A DNA stretch of 64,000 bases from Octopus vulgaris (GCA_951406725.2 OX597815.1:6882001-6946000); one strand, 5' to 3'; shown: positions 35,618 to 48,910, counted from the first letter of the stretch. A program made the numbers and translations. Notes: generated from the letters alone by a model not told the origin.

Positions 35618-36170
35618 GGCATACCTACACATACCTGCGACTTTGTTTCCTCATAACTTTTAGAAAAATAGATATTTTTTAAAATGAAATCTTCTACAGA
35701 TACCTCTCAGATGGTGTAGATTACTATAATATCGGAATTTAATGTGAAAAATACGTATGTGTACGTTGGGCACGTCTACATACATACTGAGTTACACAAA
35801 TTTTTCGAAACTTCAGTTTCATTTTCTAGATACACGTGATGTGTATCAGTTATGTATTTTTACGCGCCCAACAAACTTTTTTCTATTCATATTGAATTCC
35901 GATATAACTGTAATCTTCACCAACTAGAATATATTTAAAGAAAATTTCAGGAAGTTGAGAAAACAAAGAAACGTGGGAATTTTCTGAAATTCTTCTCTCC
36001 ACTCTCGAAAAAAAATTTTTTTTTCTCACAACAATTTCTGATATAACTGAAACAGGTATTCTTTCGGTTTGACTCGACGATACGTTTTTGTGAAAATTCA
36101 TTAAAAAATATCCATTTTTCTGAAAGTTATGAAGAAATAAAGTCGGAGACACATTAGTGGAGATATGCCT
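35618..36170. mobile_element. Non-autonomous DNA transposon with long imperfect TIRs
   Basis: AGGCATACCTACAC..CGACTTTGTTTCCTCATAACTTT versus AAAGTTATGAAGAAATAAAGTCG..GTGGAGATATGCCT. Confidence 0.65.
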
Positions 36171-36884
36171 CTATATAATATGTATTTCTTTACTACCCAC
36201 AAGGGGCTAAACACAGAGGGGACAAACAAGGACAGACAAAGGGATTAAGTCGATTACATCGACCCCAGTGCGTAACTGGTACTTAATTTATCGACCCCGA
36301 AAGGATGAAAGGCAAAGTCGACCTCGGCCTATGCCCCTATATAATATGAGCTGAGAAAGGATTGAAAAATCACTTTGGCCCCTGTTTGGCTGTGGATTTG
36401 TAATCCTTTTATATCGACATCACACGAAAATGCTCCCACTAGGCTTTGTAAAGTGGTTGCAAAAACCAAATGACACGGACAGGCACCAGTCGGCGACAGT
36501 AGTGGATGTTAATGAGAAATGATTGAAATTATGATGACCCGTCCAACCCATGCCAGCGTGGAAGACGCACATGAAATGACGACGATATCTATTTACATAC
36601 AAAAGAAGGAACATAGGAACTAAGTGCTTCAAAGTTGTTAGTATCTAAGTAAGAAAGATTTTAAATTGCAACTGATTTTTCAGAGAGAGAAAAAAAAGAA
36701 GAAAACGGCGGGAGAATTGGGGAAAAACAGAATATAAAATAATAATACGCCATATGAAGAAGCAGAAAAGGAAGATGGATGTAGTAAATGTTTCCATTGC
36801 GAATGTTGGGAATAATTTCATGATTGGAGACGATGTTTCCAAGGAGATTCCAAAACGAGCTAAGAATATAATAACAATACTTAC

Positions 36885-37160
36885 AATTAAGGTAGAATAA
36901 GGTAATTACTTATAAACTTTGTGTCCGGAATATAGGAATATCTTCATAGCGTCAAAATGTCGTATATTTGTCATTTCAATGAGAAATTTAGTCCACATTT
37001 AGTCTAAATATGTTTTGCCAACGGAGGATATTAACAACATAACAACTTCACTGAAACTTATTTACGCCTGTTGCTAAGTCGATTACCTCCCCTCTCTTTC
37101 TTCGCTTCTCACATTTACCTCCCCTGATTATTAGCATCATTTTTGGCGCCATTTCGTTTC
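36885..37160 (-). promoter_or_regulatory. Candidate promoter / first exon of the CEP57-like gene
   Basis: Unique, repeat-free stretch with a YY1-type AAATGGCGCC motif (within 37141-37156, minus). Candidate donors after 37087 (GAG|GTAATC; ATG 37152 gives MAPKMMLIIRGGKCEKRRKRGE, phase 0, compatible with B3) and after 36885 (GTAAGT). Confidence 0.35.
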
Positions 37161-40100
37161 TAGGCCCCCAACTACAGGGAAAGACGTATTTTTCTTTGTC
37201 AAAAATATGTATTTTCCAGGTCCAAAACGGAAATTCTTCTCGTACATGGAAAGTCACAGTTTAATGAAATTTTTTAAACTTCAAACGATAACCTAATCAA
37301 ACATCTTTAAATAATTGTTCCAATGGGTTTTCATTCATTTCAACGGTGTCAATAACACCAATTTGAATTGAATCTCTCACTATACAAAGTTGAAGTTGTC
37401 TGTGTATGGCAGGTTTGGTAGCCTTCAACTAACACTATCTCCTCCGAGACCCTGCGGCGCAAGTTGACCAAAATTGAGAGTATGATAGAAAAAGACTTGC
37501 TCAAATTTTAACACCAAAAATTACTTACATCAAAAAGGTGCTTTTTTCTATGAAAATCCCTATTTTTTATGATGTTTTGATTGCTGTGTCGTCATCTTTC
37601 GCTGTATTTCAACCAGAGTTCGATGACTTGAATAAAAAATTCCCAAGATAAATGTGTCTGTTCGAATAATTCCGTTGTTTACTTTCCACATTGAATGTCT
37701 ATCAGAAGAATAAAAAATATGGAATTGGATGTGTCTTGGTGACAAAACACATCACCTGCAGAACTGACGTCACAGGAACTAATGAAAATGGGTCGTTTCT
37801 CGATTATGTCTGTTATATCCTTCCATACTTAAGGTTGCTCTATGTAATACACAATAGGTTACGTGTTGCACAGCAGTGAACATGGATTTTAAGCGGGAAA
37901 GTGAAGGCTCCTTTTGTGCGGTTGAATTAATGAAATAAATATACAGTTATTTAAAATACGAAAGGTATGCAATACCTCAATATCATCATATTTGTTGTTT
38001 TTTTTCCATTCTAAACTGACTTGAACGATGTTTTAGGTGCAGAGGCCCTCTCTGTTGGCAATTCCTTTAGTCGCCCCTTGCGACACGTAGATACATGGTG
38101 TGCCTGTTGAAAAACTCGGACCCGCTTGGTATATAGGCTTTCAGAAAAACAGACGATGTTACACGAATATAAATACAAAAATACAATAAAAATAATAATA
38201 ATAACAGGACATAACAACAGGCTTCATTTCCACACACGCCAGCGGAATTCAAATCGTCCCCAGTCGAAAGACGCCTGTTGTTATGTTGTTGTTATTATTA
38301 TTATTGTATTTTTGTATTTATATTCGTGTAACATCGTCTGTTTTTCCGTCCTTGTTTTCGTACACATTCGATGCTTTTTTGCAAGGAATCTAATACTCTT
38401 AGCATAGTTTTTCCTTGGAGCTGGCCTGATTGGAGCAATCTCAAGATTAATCAGCCGAAATTGCGAGGTTCTTGACTGAGGATAAAAGGCTTTGAATGAC
38501 CTGTCCTTGTTTTTTAGTATCGTCTATCTGGATGTTTTGTTGTCCCCTTTTGTATCACCTTGTTGTCCAGATGTTTTGCGTTCTTGTCCCATTTTGTATT
38601 CTATATATATATATATATAGTGGCGTACATACACTTTGTTCTCTTATATATATATGTATATGTTTGTGTGTCTGTGTTTGTCCCCCACAACATCACCTGA
38701 CAACCGATGCTGGTGTGTTTACATCCCCATAACTTAGCGGTTTGGCAAAAGAGACCGATAGAATAAGTACTAGGGTTACAAAGAATAAGTCCTGGGGTCG
38801 ATTTGCTCGACTAAAGGCAATGCTCCAGCATGGCCACAATCAAATGACTGAAACAAATAAAAGAATATTAAACATAACTTGCCCAGGAACTCTTTGATAC
38901 CACCTCATACATGGAAGGTACACGCGTCCATGGAATACTCAACCACTTGCACGTTAATTTCATGAGCAGGCTGGTTCCTTGATCAACTGAAACCCTCACC
39001 ATTGTAACCAAGGGAATGCCAGTTTTGTTTTTAATCATCAGGTGTGGCTGTGTGGTTAGGAGTTCATTTCCCTGATGTCGTCCGCTATAGTCTCGGGTTG
39101 ATCAAAGTGGATTTGGTAGATGAAAACTGAAAGAAGCCTCTGTGTGGGTGTCTTTGAGTCTATGTTTGTCCCTACCCGACCACTTGACAACCGGTGTTGG
39201 TGGGTTTACAGCCCCCATAACTTAGAGGTTTAGCAAAAGGAACTGATAAAAAAAATACTAGGCTTAAAAAGATCATGTACTGGGGTTGATCCACTTCGTC
39301 TAACAATTCTTGTGACTGAAGCAAGCAACAGATAAAAGGGTAAAAGACCATTTAGGGTGTCAAATAGGATGGCAACAGAAATATAACTGGAGTTATTGTT
39401 CCTCAGCTGTGATATCAAATATATTTTAAGAAAGAATCGAAATCGAACCTCATCCAACGACTGGCACCCATGCCAACCTCCCTTCATTGGACACTAAACT
39501 CTGCTAGCTAAGACCTGTTGGGGCAAGTGAAATTGGAATCAAAATTGAACCAAATTCTATGACTGGCACCCGGCCGTTGCCAGTGCCTCTGGACTGACTC
39601 CTGTGCAGGTGGCAAGTAAAGAAACACTGTTTCGACCCTGTGCTTGAGATGACCTATTGAGTCAAGTACATCAACATCAAAAATCAACGGAAATTGTAGT
39701 TGTGATACCTGTGCCGGTTGCACGTAAAAAACACCATCCGAACGTGGCCGATGCCAGTGCCACCTTGACTGGCTTCTGTGCTGGTGGCACGTATAAAGCA
39801 CCAACCGATCATGGCCATTGCCAGTCTCGCCTGGCACCTATGCTGGTGGCACATAAAAAGCATCCACTACACTCATGAAGTGGTTGGCGTCCAACTATAG
39901 AAACTCTGCCAGATCAAGATTGGAGCCTGGCGCAGCCATCTGGTTCACCAGTCCTCAGTCAAAATCATCCAACCCATGCTAGAATGGAAAGCGGACGTTA
40001 AATGATGATGATGATTTTAAGAAGGAATTGAAATGAAGGTGTTTGGTGTTCAATTCCCTGTGTTTCTAACGCTGCAATTATCAAAATAATTGAGATTTCT

Positions 40101-40215
40101 TTTTCATGTTATAAAGAATTTACAAATCAAAAGTAAGAATACGTATTTATTAATTGCTGATATTACTTTCCAGAAGCACCAGTCTTTCAGCTGTTCTTTC
40201 CTTCCTTGCGTTCTT

Positions 40216-40328
40216 TCATAAACGTTCTTTGAAAGCATCTAATTCTTCATTATCAATCAAGGCTTGCCTATGTTTCGCTTTAGCATGTTTTAAATCTTCG
40301 ACAAAGTTTTTGAGAAGATCTTCAAATT
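40216..40328 (-). CDS. Upstream paralog chain, exon C4 ending at TGA ((E)FEDLLKNFVEDLKHAKAKHRQALIDNEELDAFKERL*)
   Basis: gtctgtccAG acceptor, phase 1; C-type homology continues past TGA (KNARKERTAERL) to a donor at 40166; AATAAA at 40151-40146. Confidence 0.65.
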
Positions 40329-41428
40329 CTGGACAGACATGAACAAAAGAACATTTGAAGCAAATTATGATGATTAAAAGAAACATCATTAGACATTTAC
40401 ACGTATAATATTTCGACTGCAATGGACATAAGGTGGATGGCTGGATGGATGGACAGATGTTTATATATTTATATATTTATATGATACAGATCATACACAA
40501 ATCACAATTTGTATCAAGTATTTGTGTTATACCCTTATAAATTAAGGGTCAGTTTAAACGGACGATTGGCATGAATGGGTTAAGCAAGAACCAGAGGTCA
40601 ATAACAAGTAAGAGAGATGGTATGGAAAGCAGTGACTATTGGGGTCGACTAAAAAACTCAATCTCTACTCTTTCCAATGCCGCCAGGAGTGCTACATCAT
40701 TTGTGTGATGTGGAAAATATTCCATCAATATTGCTCAAATGATGTTGGCATCAATTTTAAAATCCATCCAAGACTTGGCCCCATGCAATCTGCCCACTTC
40801 AAAAAGTTACAAACATCCACTTGATATATTGATAAATAAAACCACTAGAGTTGTTTTGTAACTCTTTTACCTGTTTCAGTCATTTGACTGTGACCATGCT
40901 GGAGCACCACATTTAGTCGAGCAAATCGACCCCCACCACTTATTCTTTGTAAGCCTAATACTTATTCTATCGGTCTCTTTTGCCATACTGCTAAGTTACG
41001 GGGACACAAACACACCAGCATCAATAGTCACATGATGTTGGGGGACAAACACAGACACACAAACATACGCACACACATATATATACATATATACGATGGG
41101 CTTCTTTCAGTTTCCGTCTACCAAATCCACTCACAAGGCTTTGGTCAGCCCGAGGCTATAGTAGAAGACACTTGCCCAAGGTGCCACACAGTGGGACTGA
41201 ACCCGGAACCATGTGGTTGGTAAACAAGCTACTTACCTCACAGCCACTCCTGTGCCTAAAGTCAGAGTAAATTCATGATTATTTTAGAATTCAAGTGAAA
41301 TATTGTATTTTAGTTTGAAATATAGTAAAGATTACATTAAAACATCTTTCAATCAAATAAACTTTCCCTTTTGGTTTTGTCATTACTAAGCTAAAACAAC
41401 AATGGGTTTGTCGCATCCTTAGTACTGA

Positions 41429-41912
41429 CATGCATAAGATCTGGTCATCAAATCTAAGTAGAGACTTCAAACTTGAAATCTTCAAAGCCACAGTCGAACC
41501 AATTCTACTATATGGCTCAGAAACCTGGACGTTATCAAAGAAGCTTGAGAGGCGGTTGGATGGAACCTACACTCGCCTCCTTATGAGAGCTCAAAATCTC
41601 TCGTGGAAGCGCCATCCAACCAAAGTACAAATATATGGGAAATTACCACCTGTATCATCTCTTGTGAAAGGTAGGAGAGTCCAGTTTGCTGGACATTGTT
41701 GTAGAGCTGAAAAAGAGGTAGTTTCTACTCTCCTCCTCTGGAAGCCATCTACTCGCAATGCCAGAGGGCGCACACTCTCCTACCCTGATGTAATCTCCAG
41801 GGATACAGGCATCCAGCAACAGGACCTCCATAATGCTATGATGGACCGTGAGGTCTGGTGTAGCATGGTAAATTCCATTGTCTTGACCACAGTCGAACAA
41901 TGATGATAATGA
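41429..41912 (+). mobile_element. 5'-truncated RTE LINE, open C-terminal frame, young
   Basis: 157-aa frame (ILLYGSETWTL..RRVQFAGHC..DREVW), (TGA)n tail, TSD TAGTACTGA at 41420-41428 and 41913-41921. Confidence 0.9.
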
Positions 41913-41942
41913 TAGTACTGAATCAGTTAAAATATATAGGTG

Positions 41943-42551
41943 TGTAACGAACTTAGCGAGTGTGAATATCTTGTCTTGTACTTTCGGGGTACAAGAAAGC
42001 AATCACTCACTAGCCGTTGCTTTAATAATCCAGAAATCTACTAGTCAGAAACAACAAGACGCAGACGTAAAATATATATATTCTACTTTATTCTCTTTCT
42101 TGGTAACAGTAACAATAAGTGTGTTATCTGATGTCCTTGGTTCTGGGCGCGCAAGGCTGAAAGTTAATCGATTGTAATATTTACAATATTCAGCCGCCAA
42201 AACCAGAACGGGTTCAAGATGGCGTCGAACAATGGAGACGATGTTGGTCTGCAACAATTTGGTTAAAGGCCTTTGGTAAGGACTGCTAGAAGTGAGTTCG
42301 AACGGAGAGAAAATATGCGTGACCGTCGCGTTCAATCGCTGCCGTCCCAAGTCGCCGCTGCTGCTGCTAGCGGTCAAACGTTCCACGACCCCCCCTGCCT
42401 CACTAACTACCACGTAGGCAAAAGGGTCGTGCTTCCGGTGGTTCGCGCATGCGCGAGAGGGCCCTTCCTTTCTCTGCCTTGGTAAAGGCACCAACACGCG
42501 CGAAATACAAATGGACGGTGCGCGAGCGCGCACCGCTATAGGGTCACTACA
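41943..42551 (-). mobile_element. Solo LTR (Gypsy-like), CpG-rich
   Basis: TGTAACGA...TCACTACA termini, 4-bp TSD GGTG, AATAAA on minus (42092-42087); empty site in the paralogous intron at about 49475. Confidence 0.85.
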
Positions 42552-42614
42552 GGTGGCTATTAAAGAAAACGTAGACAGTATATTAATGTAACACAATGTA
42601 AAAGTATGGCTTAC

Positions 42615-42666
42615 CAAGCACATTTTCTGAAAGAATGCTTTTATGGGGTGACACAGCAGGAAACTC
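42615..42666 (-). CDS. Upstream chain, exon B4 (EFPAVSPHKSILSENVL)
   Basis: Long pyrimidine tract + cAG / GTAAGC, phase 0->1; intronic flanks homologous to those of B2/B5. Confidence 0.65.
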
Positions 42667-42996
42667 CTGAAGCAAAGAAGACAGAAAAAGAAAAAATACA
42701 TTTGAGAGGAGAAACTGCATCTCAAAGATTGGCCTTCGTTACCCTAACAAAGCTTAGACATGACCCAAATTGTAGTACAGTTTCCACATCTGGAATGGTG
42801 CTGCTGTTACGAACACCAAGACATCTTACACTATATCCAAAAATGACCATATGGCTGAGTGGTGTGAGGTAATTCACCAAGGACTACAGATCTACTGCAC
42901 CTCTCACTGTCTTTTGCAATTATAACCACAAATTATTATCGTTACCACTGCCTCCACTGACATTTCTTCATAATAATGTTTACTAATCAATTTCTA

Positions 42997-43338
42997 GTGA
43001 AGGCGCATGGCTCAGTGGTTAGAGCATTGAGCTTACGATCGTGAGGTTGTGAGCTCGAATCCCGGACAGGGCTGCGTGTTGTGTTCTTGAGCAAGGCACT
43101 TTATTTCACGTTGCTCCAGTTCACTCAGCTGTAGAAATGAGTTGCGACGTCACTGGTGCCAAGTTGTATCGACCTTTGTCTTTCCCTTGGATAACACTGG
43201 TGGCGTGGATAGGGGAGGCTGGTATGCATGGGCGACTGCTGGTCTTCCATAAAAACCTTGCCCGGACTTGTGTCTAGGAGGGTAACTTTCTAGGTGCAAT
43301 CCCATGGTCATTCATGACCGAAGGGAGTCTTTACCCCT
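42997..43338 (+). mobile_element. tRNA-derived SINE (second copy at about 61790-62120)
   Basis: TGGCTCAGTGG A box, GAGCTCGAATCC B box, TSD TAATCAATTTCTA. Confidence 0.85.
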
Positions 43339-44299
43339 TAATCAATTTCTACTGTTAGAATTGGTGACCCACAACTTCAACTAAAAACTTTATCGTTACA
43401 AATATTCTGATAAAAACTCTACTGTTACAAATGTAATGTGACAGGAATTGAACCCCTGAACCACTCAACTATTTTGTCTTGTAACTGTTGAAAGCTGGAA
43501 CCAATTATAAAAAGTCAAGTGTCATATTGATCTTGAATGGATTAATGGCTAAGTCAACCTAAGCAGAGTGTAAAGATTAAAGTGAAAAACCAAATAAGAT
43601 AGAGTTACCCTTTTTGTTACCATATTTGTATCAAAATACACCGACTTTGATTTAATTACTTTAAAAGAAAACGAAGAATTTAGAAAAAAACTGTCATTGT
43701 TAATTAGCTGGTGTAAGGTGGCAAGATGGCCAAATCGTTAGCACACCAGGTAGGAGGAATTACAACCGTGTTTCATGGTCTGCTATCACAACAGCTCCTT
43801 TATAGGATCCAGACATCATCAGGAGGAACCACGTCCGGTTTCGGCCCCTACTCCTCTACCATTTTGACATGGCGGTGTCCACCCCCTTTTGGAGGTGTCT
43901 TCAGTTCTGGTGTTGGGTGCATGTCTTCTTTATTCTGTTCCCTTAACATCATTTGGTCTGTCTTTACATTCTGAGTTCAAATTCTACCAGGGTCAACTTT
44001 GCCTTTAATCTATTTCGGGGTCTATAATATAAGTACCAGTTAGGCACTGGGGTCTATGTAATTGACTTAGTCCCTCTCCCATAACATTGCTGGACTTGGG
44101 CCAATATAGGAAACCATAATTAAAATGTCGTTTGGAACGTAAATTAATGTGAAACCTTGATAGAAAGTTTTAGTTACGATCTCTTTAAAACAGTGAATAT
44201 ATTTCATAGAACCAGGGGATCTCTCAGACAGGTTGATAACAAAAGGGTTAAGCTTCAAACCACAGCCCACATGCCCCTACTGTTTCAGATAAATAAATA

Positions 44300-44906
44300 T
44301 TTATTTCTTTATTTCCCTCAAGGGGTTAAACACAGACGGGACAAACAAAGGGATTAAGTCAATTACCAGAAATGTTAGCAAACCGGTCAAAATGCTTTGT
44401 GGTATTTCGTCCAACGCTGCGTTCTGAGTTCAAATTCCGCCGAGGTCGACTTTACCTTTTATCCTTTTGGGGTCGATAAATTAAGCACCAGTGACGCACT
44501 GGGGTCGATGTAATCGACTTAATCCATTTGTCTGTACTTGTTTGTCTCCTCTATGTTTAGCCCATTGTGGGCAATAAAGAAATAGGTACTTAATTTATCA
44601 ACCCCGAAAGGATGAAAAGCTAAGTCGACCTCGGCGGAATTTGAACTCAGAACGTAACGGCAGATGAAATACCTATTTCTTTACTGCCCACAAGGGGCTA
44701 AACACAGAGGGGACAAACAAGGACAGACAAACGGATTAAGTCGATTACATCGACCCCAGTGTATAACTGGTACTAATTTAATCGAACCCAAAAGGATGAA
44801 AGGCAAAGTCGACCTCGGCGGGATTTGAACTCAGTACGTAATGGCAGACGAAATACCGCTAAGCATTTCGCCCGGCGTGCTAACGGTTCTGCCAGATCGC
44901 CGCCTT
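44300..44906. mobile_element. Cluster of oppositely oriented SINEs of the GGCGGCGAGCTGGCAGAA family
   Basis: GAGTTCAAATTCCGCCGAGGTCGACTTTGCCTTTCATCC core; also at 5175-5575, 11790-12145, 36183-36328, 56599-56836 (TSD AGGTATGATC), 60790-61255. Confidence 0.85.
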
Positions 44907-45011
44907 AATAAATAAATATTGATTGACAATTGCATCAGAGTGACTTGGTTTGTTGCATTCTTCAAAAGAGAGCTCCAGTAAATATTTTAAGTAAAGAAGG
45001 TAGTATATTAC

Positions 45012-45049
45012 CTCTTCAGGGATAGGATAAAATGCTTCTTTTTCAGCTT
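45012..45049 (-). CDS. Upstream chain, linker exon A4 ((E)AEKEAFYPIPEE)
   Basis: cttttatattacAG (same as A1) / GTAATA, phase 1->0. Confidence 0.65.
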
Positions 45050-45746
45050 CTGTAATATAAAAGCAAGTGAATTCCATTATAAAAAAATATCAACTTACTA
45101 CAATTCACATTCAAACATTCAAGATAAATCTTAACTTATGGAATAATGGGGAAACAAAATTGAAGTAATGTTTCTGGACCCTAAGAAATGAAGCTAACTT
45201 TGCAATCCATAAAGTTCCAAGTGCAACATTTAAAAGACATATATATTTGCATACATTGGGATCACCAATACTTTCTTACCTCCCCTTCTTTCTACCTCTC
45301 CTATCTTACTCTTTTTTTCCCCCCAGATTTTTTATTCTCTCTCAGTTTATTTTCTCTTATTCCTTTCTGTTGAAGAGCTTAAGCTCAAAACATAAAACAC
45401 TTTCTCACTTTCCCAAGCGTCAAACTAATACACCTGCTTGCTGTTCATTCACCTGTCTTCATCATCTTTTGTTTTCCTATAAATTCCAACTATATATATA
45501 TATATATACCTTCGAAACGTAGAGTAGATGAAACCATGGCGAATGAAGAAGGGGTTATTTGTCCTGTACTCTATTTTTTTGTTGTTTAAGAAAAATGTCC
45601 AGTTCCTTGAGTTTGTGTCCATGTTTTCGTTTCTCATTGTGTTCGACGTTTTTTTTTTGGTGTCCTGTACTCATATATGCGTGTATATATGCATGTAGAG
45701 GTAGGTACATACATATATGTATATATATATGCATATGTTTTATTTA

Positions 45747-45787
<41 letters not shown>

Positions 45788-46429
45788 CAAGGATTTGTGT
45801 CCTAGTTGCCAGATACTTGGTTGGGCCATGCTGGAGTACCACCTTTAGTCGAATAAATTGAGCCTAGGACTTATTTTTGTAAGCATAGTACTTATTTTAT
45901 TGGTTTCTTTTGCCGAATCACTAATGTTACATAGGTGTAAATGCACCAACATCAGTTTTCAAGTGACAGTAGGGGAGACAACTACACACACACATATATA
46001 TATATGTATATACATACATATACGAAGGGCTTCTTTCAGTTTCTGTCCACCAAATCTACTCACAAGGCTTTGGTCAGCCAAAGATCATAATAGAAGACAC
46101 TCGTCGAAGGTAAGATTGAACCCAGAAGCATTTGGTTGAGAAGCAAGCATCTTACCACTCGGCCACTCCTGTGTATGTATGTATATATGAATGTATGCAT
46201 GCATGTATGCATGTATGTATGTATGTATATATAGCAGCTAAGCCTGGTTTCACCTGGTCGGGTTGGATGTAGGCTGCACCAGGCTCCAATTTTGTCTGCC
46301 AATGTTTCTATAGTTGGATGCCCTTCCTAACACTAACCACTCCGAGAGTGTGGTGGGTGCTTTTTATGTGCCACCAATACAGGAGCCAGTCAGGCAGGCC
46401 TGTCATTGATCACAGAAACATGAATATGC

Positions 46430-46601
46430 TAATCACTGCTGTATTTCATTATTTGGAGAACTGCTTCTTCTTTCAAAATGCATCTGATTCATTAGCATCA
46501 GGGATCTTTCGGAACCCTGGTGTTTCAACATTGTTGTGTCTCCTCAGTCAGAGCTACCACAGACTAATGAATCTTTTAATGAATCATTAGTTAATATTCA
46601 C
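46430..46601 (-). pseudogene. Decayed C-type exon copy or alternative terminal exon
   Basis: ttatttcAG acceptor; GATGCTAATGAATCAGATGCATTT resembles C4 (GATAATGAAGAATTAGATGCTTTC); several stops (G-GT GAA TAT TAA if spliced from C5). Confidence 0.35.
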
Positions 46602-46798
46602 CTGAAATAAATCACAGAATTGGAGTTGAGAAGAACTGTGCATATTACTGCATTTTTAATTGAACTTGTGCGTGTATAAAACAGACCAAAATTAATTTAC
46701 TAATAACACTATAAGGAATCAGAGTAGTGAAACAGATAATACATCTCTGTATCACAATGTGAGTGTGTGTGTGTGTGCGTGTGTCTGCATAAAATATA

Positions 46799-46838
<40 letters not shown>

Positions 46839-48493
46839 GATATAAATTTGATATGGGCGATTCTTTCTTGTCTTGGAATTCACTGGGTGGAACTGCACAA
46901 AAAATTACACAGATGTGTAGAATGATCCAGTAGTGTTGCTGGCCTTTGTATTTTTCATAGCTCCCATGGTTAGCGAGATAATCTACTATAATAATACTCT
47001 CGTGTTTTTGAATGAGAAAGGAAGGGGTGATAGAGGAATAAGGGTGATGTCATACTTGGTAGTGAGATGATGAAAATTGTATACTGAAAAAATAAATCAA
47101 ACACCGTTTCAACTCTGTGTGAATATATGTGTATGTATGTAAAAGAGGGGTATGTAAATGTTTGTATGTGTGTGTACATGTGCACGCACAATAGAAGTGG
47201 GATCGTTCATCTTTGTTCGCTTAGTATTTGGGTTTATTTTTTGATTTAGTTGAATCTTGGTTTTTTTTTTTTTTTGGACAGTTATTTTTAGTGTTTTGAC
47301 AGAAAATAGTCATTCTAAAATTGTTTTTTAACATAAACATTCCCAAACAAGTCGAATGCTTACACAGAGCAGGTTTTACAGCCATGGCTCACCAGCCCTT
47401 TGAAACCGTCCAACCCATGCTAGCATGGAAAGCAGACGTTAAACGATGATGATGATGTGTTTCCTGAAATGTTAAATGTAAATATAATCATTGTCAAGCA
47501 CGATCGTTGATGTCACCTTGCCGGCACATGTAAAACAACATTCAAGAGTGGTCGTTGCCAGTGCCGCCAGACTGGCTCCTGTGCAGGTGGCACATAAAAA
47601 ACACCATTTGAGCATGGCCATTGCCAGTACTGCCTGACTGGCCCTCATGCCAGTGGCATCTAAAAGCACCCACAACACTCTTGGAGTGGTTGGCATTAGG
47701 AAGGGCATCCAACTGTAGAAACTTTGCCAGATCAGATTGGAGGCTGGTGCAGCCTCCTGGCTTGACAGTCCTCAGTCAAACCATCCGACCCATACCAGCA
47801 TGGAAAGCGGATGTTAAATGATGATGATGATGATGATGATTTTACCGATTCTTGCAGTTCCCATGCACAGGATGAATTTTTAAGAAGTAACCGAAAAAGT
47901 GATCTTTTGTTGCATTTTGTCCCTAATTAAGCAATTTTCAGATTAATTTGTTGTGAGAGGGGGTTTCCTTTCCATGTTATATGTTACACTGCCCCTCCCC
48001 AAAGAAGCCATTTACAATAAATGCCATTACCGTGTGGTACATATACAACTGTTTGATCCATCGCATCTGAACGCTCTTCGAAATCAGACAGGCTCTCTTC
48101 ATAATCTTTATCTCCTAAAAACAACTCTTCTTTAAATTCTGGAAGCACATCAACAGAAGAAATGTTTAGATATAAAGTTTAAAAGAAATCATTGTTAGAT
48201 ATTTAACATATAACACATTTTACAATAATGGAAATCTCTCTCTCTCTCTATTGGTTCTTTATTTTATTGACCCCGAAAAGATGAAAGGCAAATGTGACCT
48301 CAGCGGAATTTGAACTCAGAAGGTAAAGACGGATGAAATGCCGCTAAGCATTTTGTCCAGCGTATCAAAGATTCTGGCAGTTCACAGCCTTGCATCAGCC
48401 AAATTATGTCAACTCCAATATCCCTACACATTTGTTAGGGGTTTGTTGGAGAAACAGAAAGCTGATGAAGGACAGTGCTTTTAATTTACCTAT

Positions 48494-48910
48494 AGGCGCA
48501 GGAGTGGCTGTGTGGTAAGTAGCTTGCTTACGAACCACATGGTTCAGGTTCAGTCACACCGCGCGGCACGTTGGGCAAGTGTCTTCTACAATAGCCTCGG
48601 GCTGACCAAAGCCTTGTGAGTGGATTTGGTAGATGGAAACTGAAAGAAGCCCGTTGTATATATGTATATATATATATATATATGTATATATATGTATGTG
48701 TGCGTGTAAGTTTGTGTGTCTGTGTTTGTACCCCCAACATTGCTTCACAACCGATGCAGGTGTGTTTACGTCCCCATCACTTAGCAGTTCGGCAAAAGAG
48801 ACCGATGGAATAAGTACAAGGCTTACAAAGAATAAGTCCTGGGGTTGATTTGCTCGACTAAAGGTGGTGCTCCAGCATGGCCACAGTCAAATGACTGAAA
48901 CAAGTAAAAT
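48494..48910 (+). mobile_element. tRNA-derived SINE with internal (TA)/(TG) microsatellite (representative of about 14 copies)
   Basis: AGGAGTGGCTGTGTGGTAAG head, GGTAGACGGAAACTGAAAGAAGCC-type core, CAGTCAAATGACTGAAAC tail; others at 8740-9150, 32545-32927, 40860-41255, 55710-56380, 59790-60040, 62350-63088. Confidence 0.85.

Noticed and set aside
42045-42725. 226-aa minus-strand ORF
   Set aside because: Runs through the GC-rich solo LTR; the real exon B4 is in another frame.
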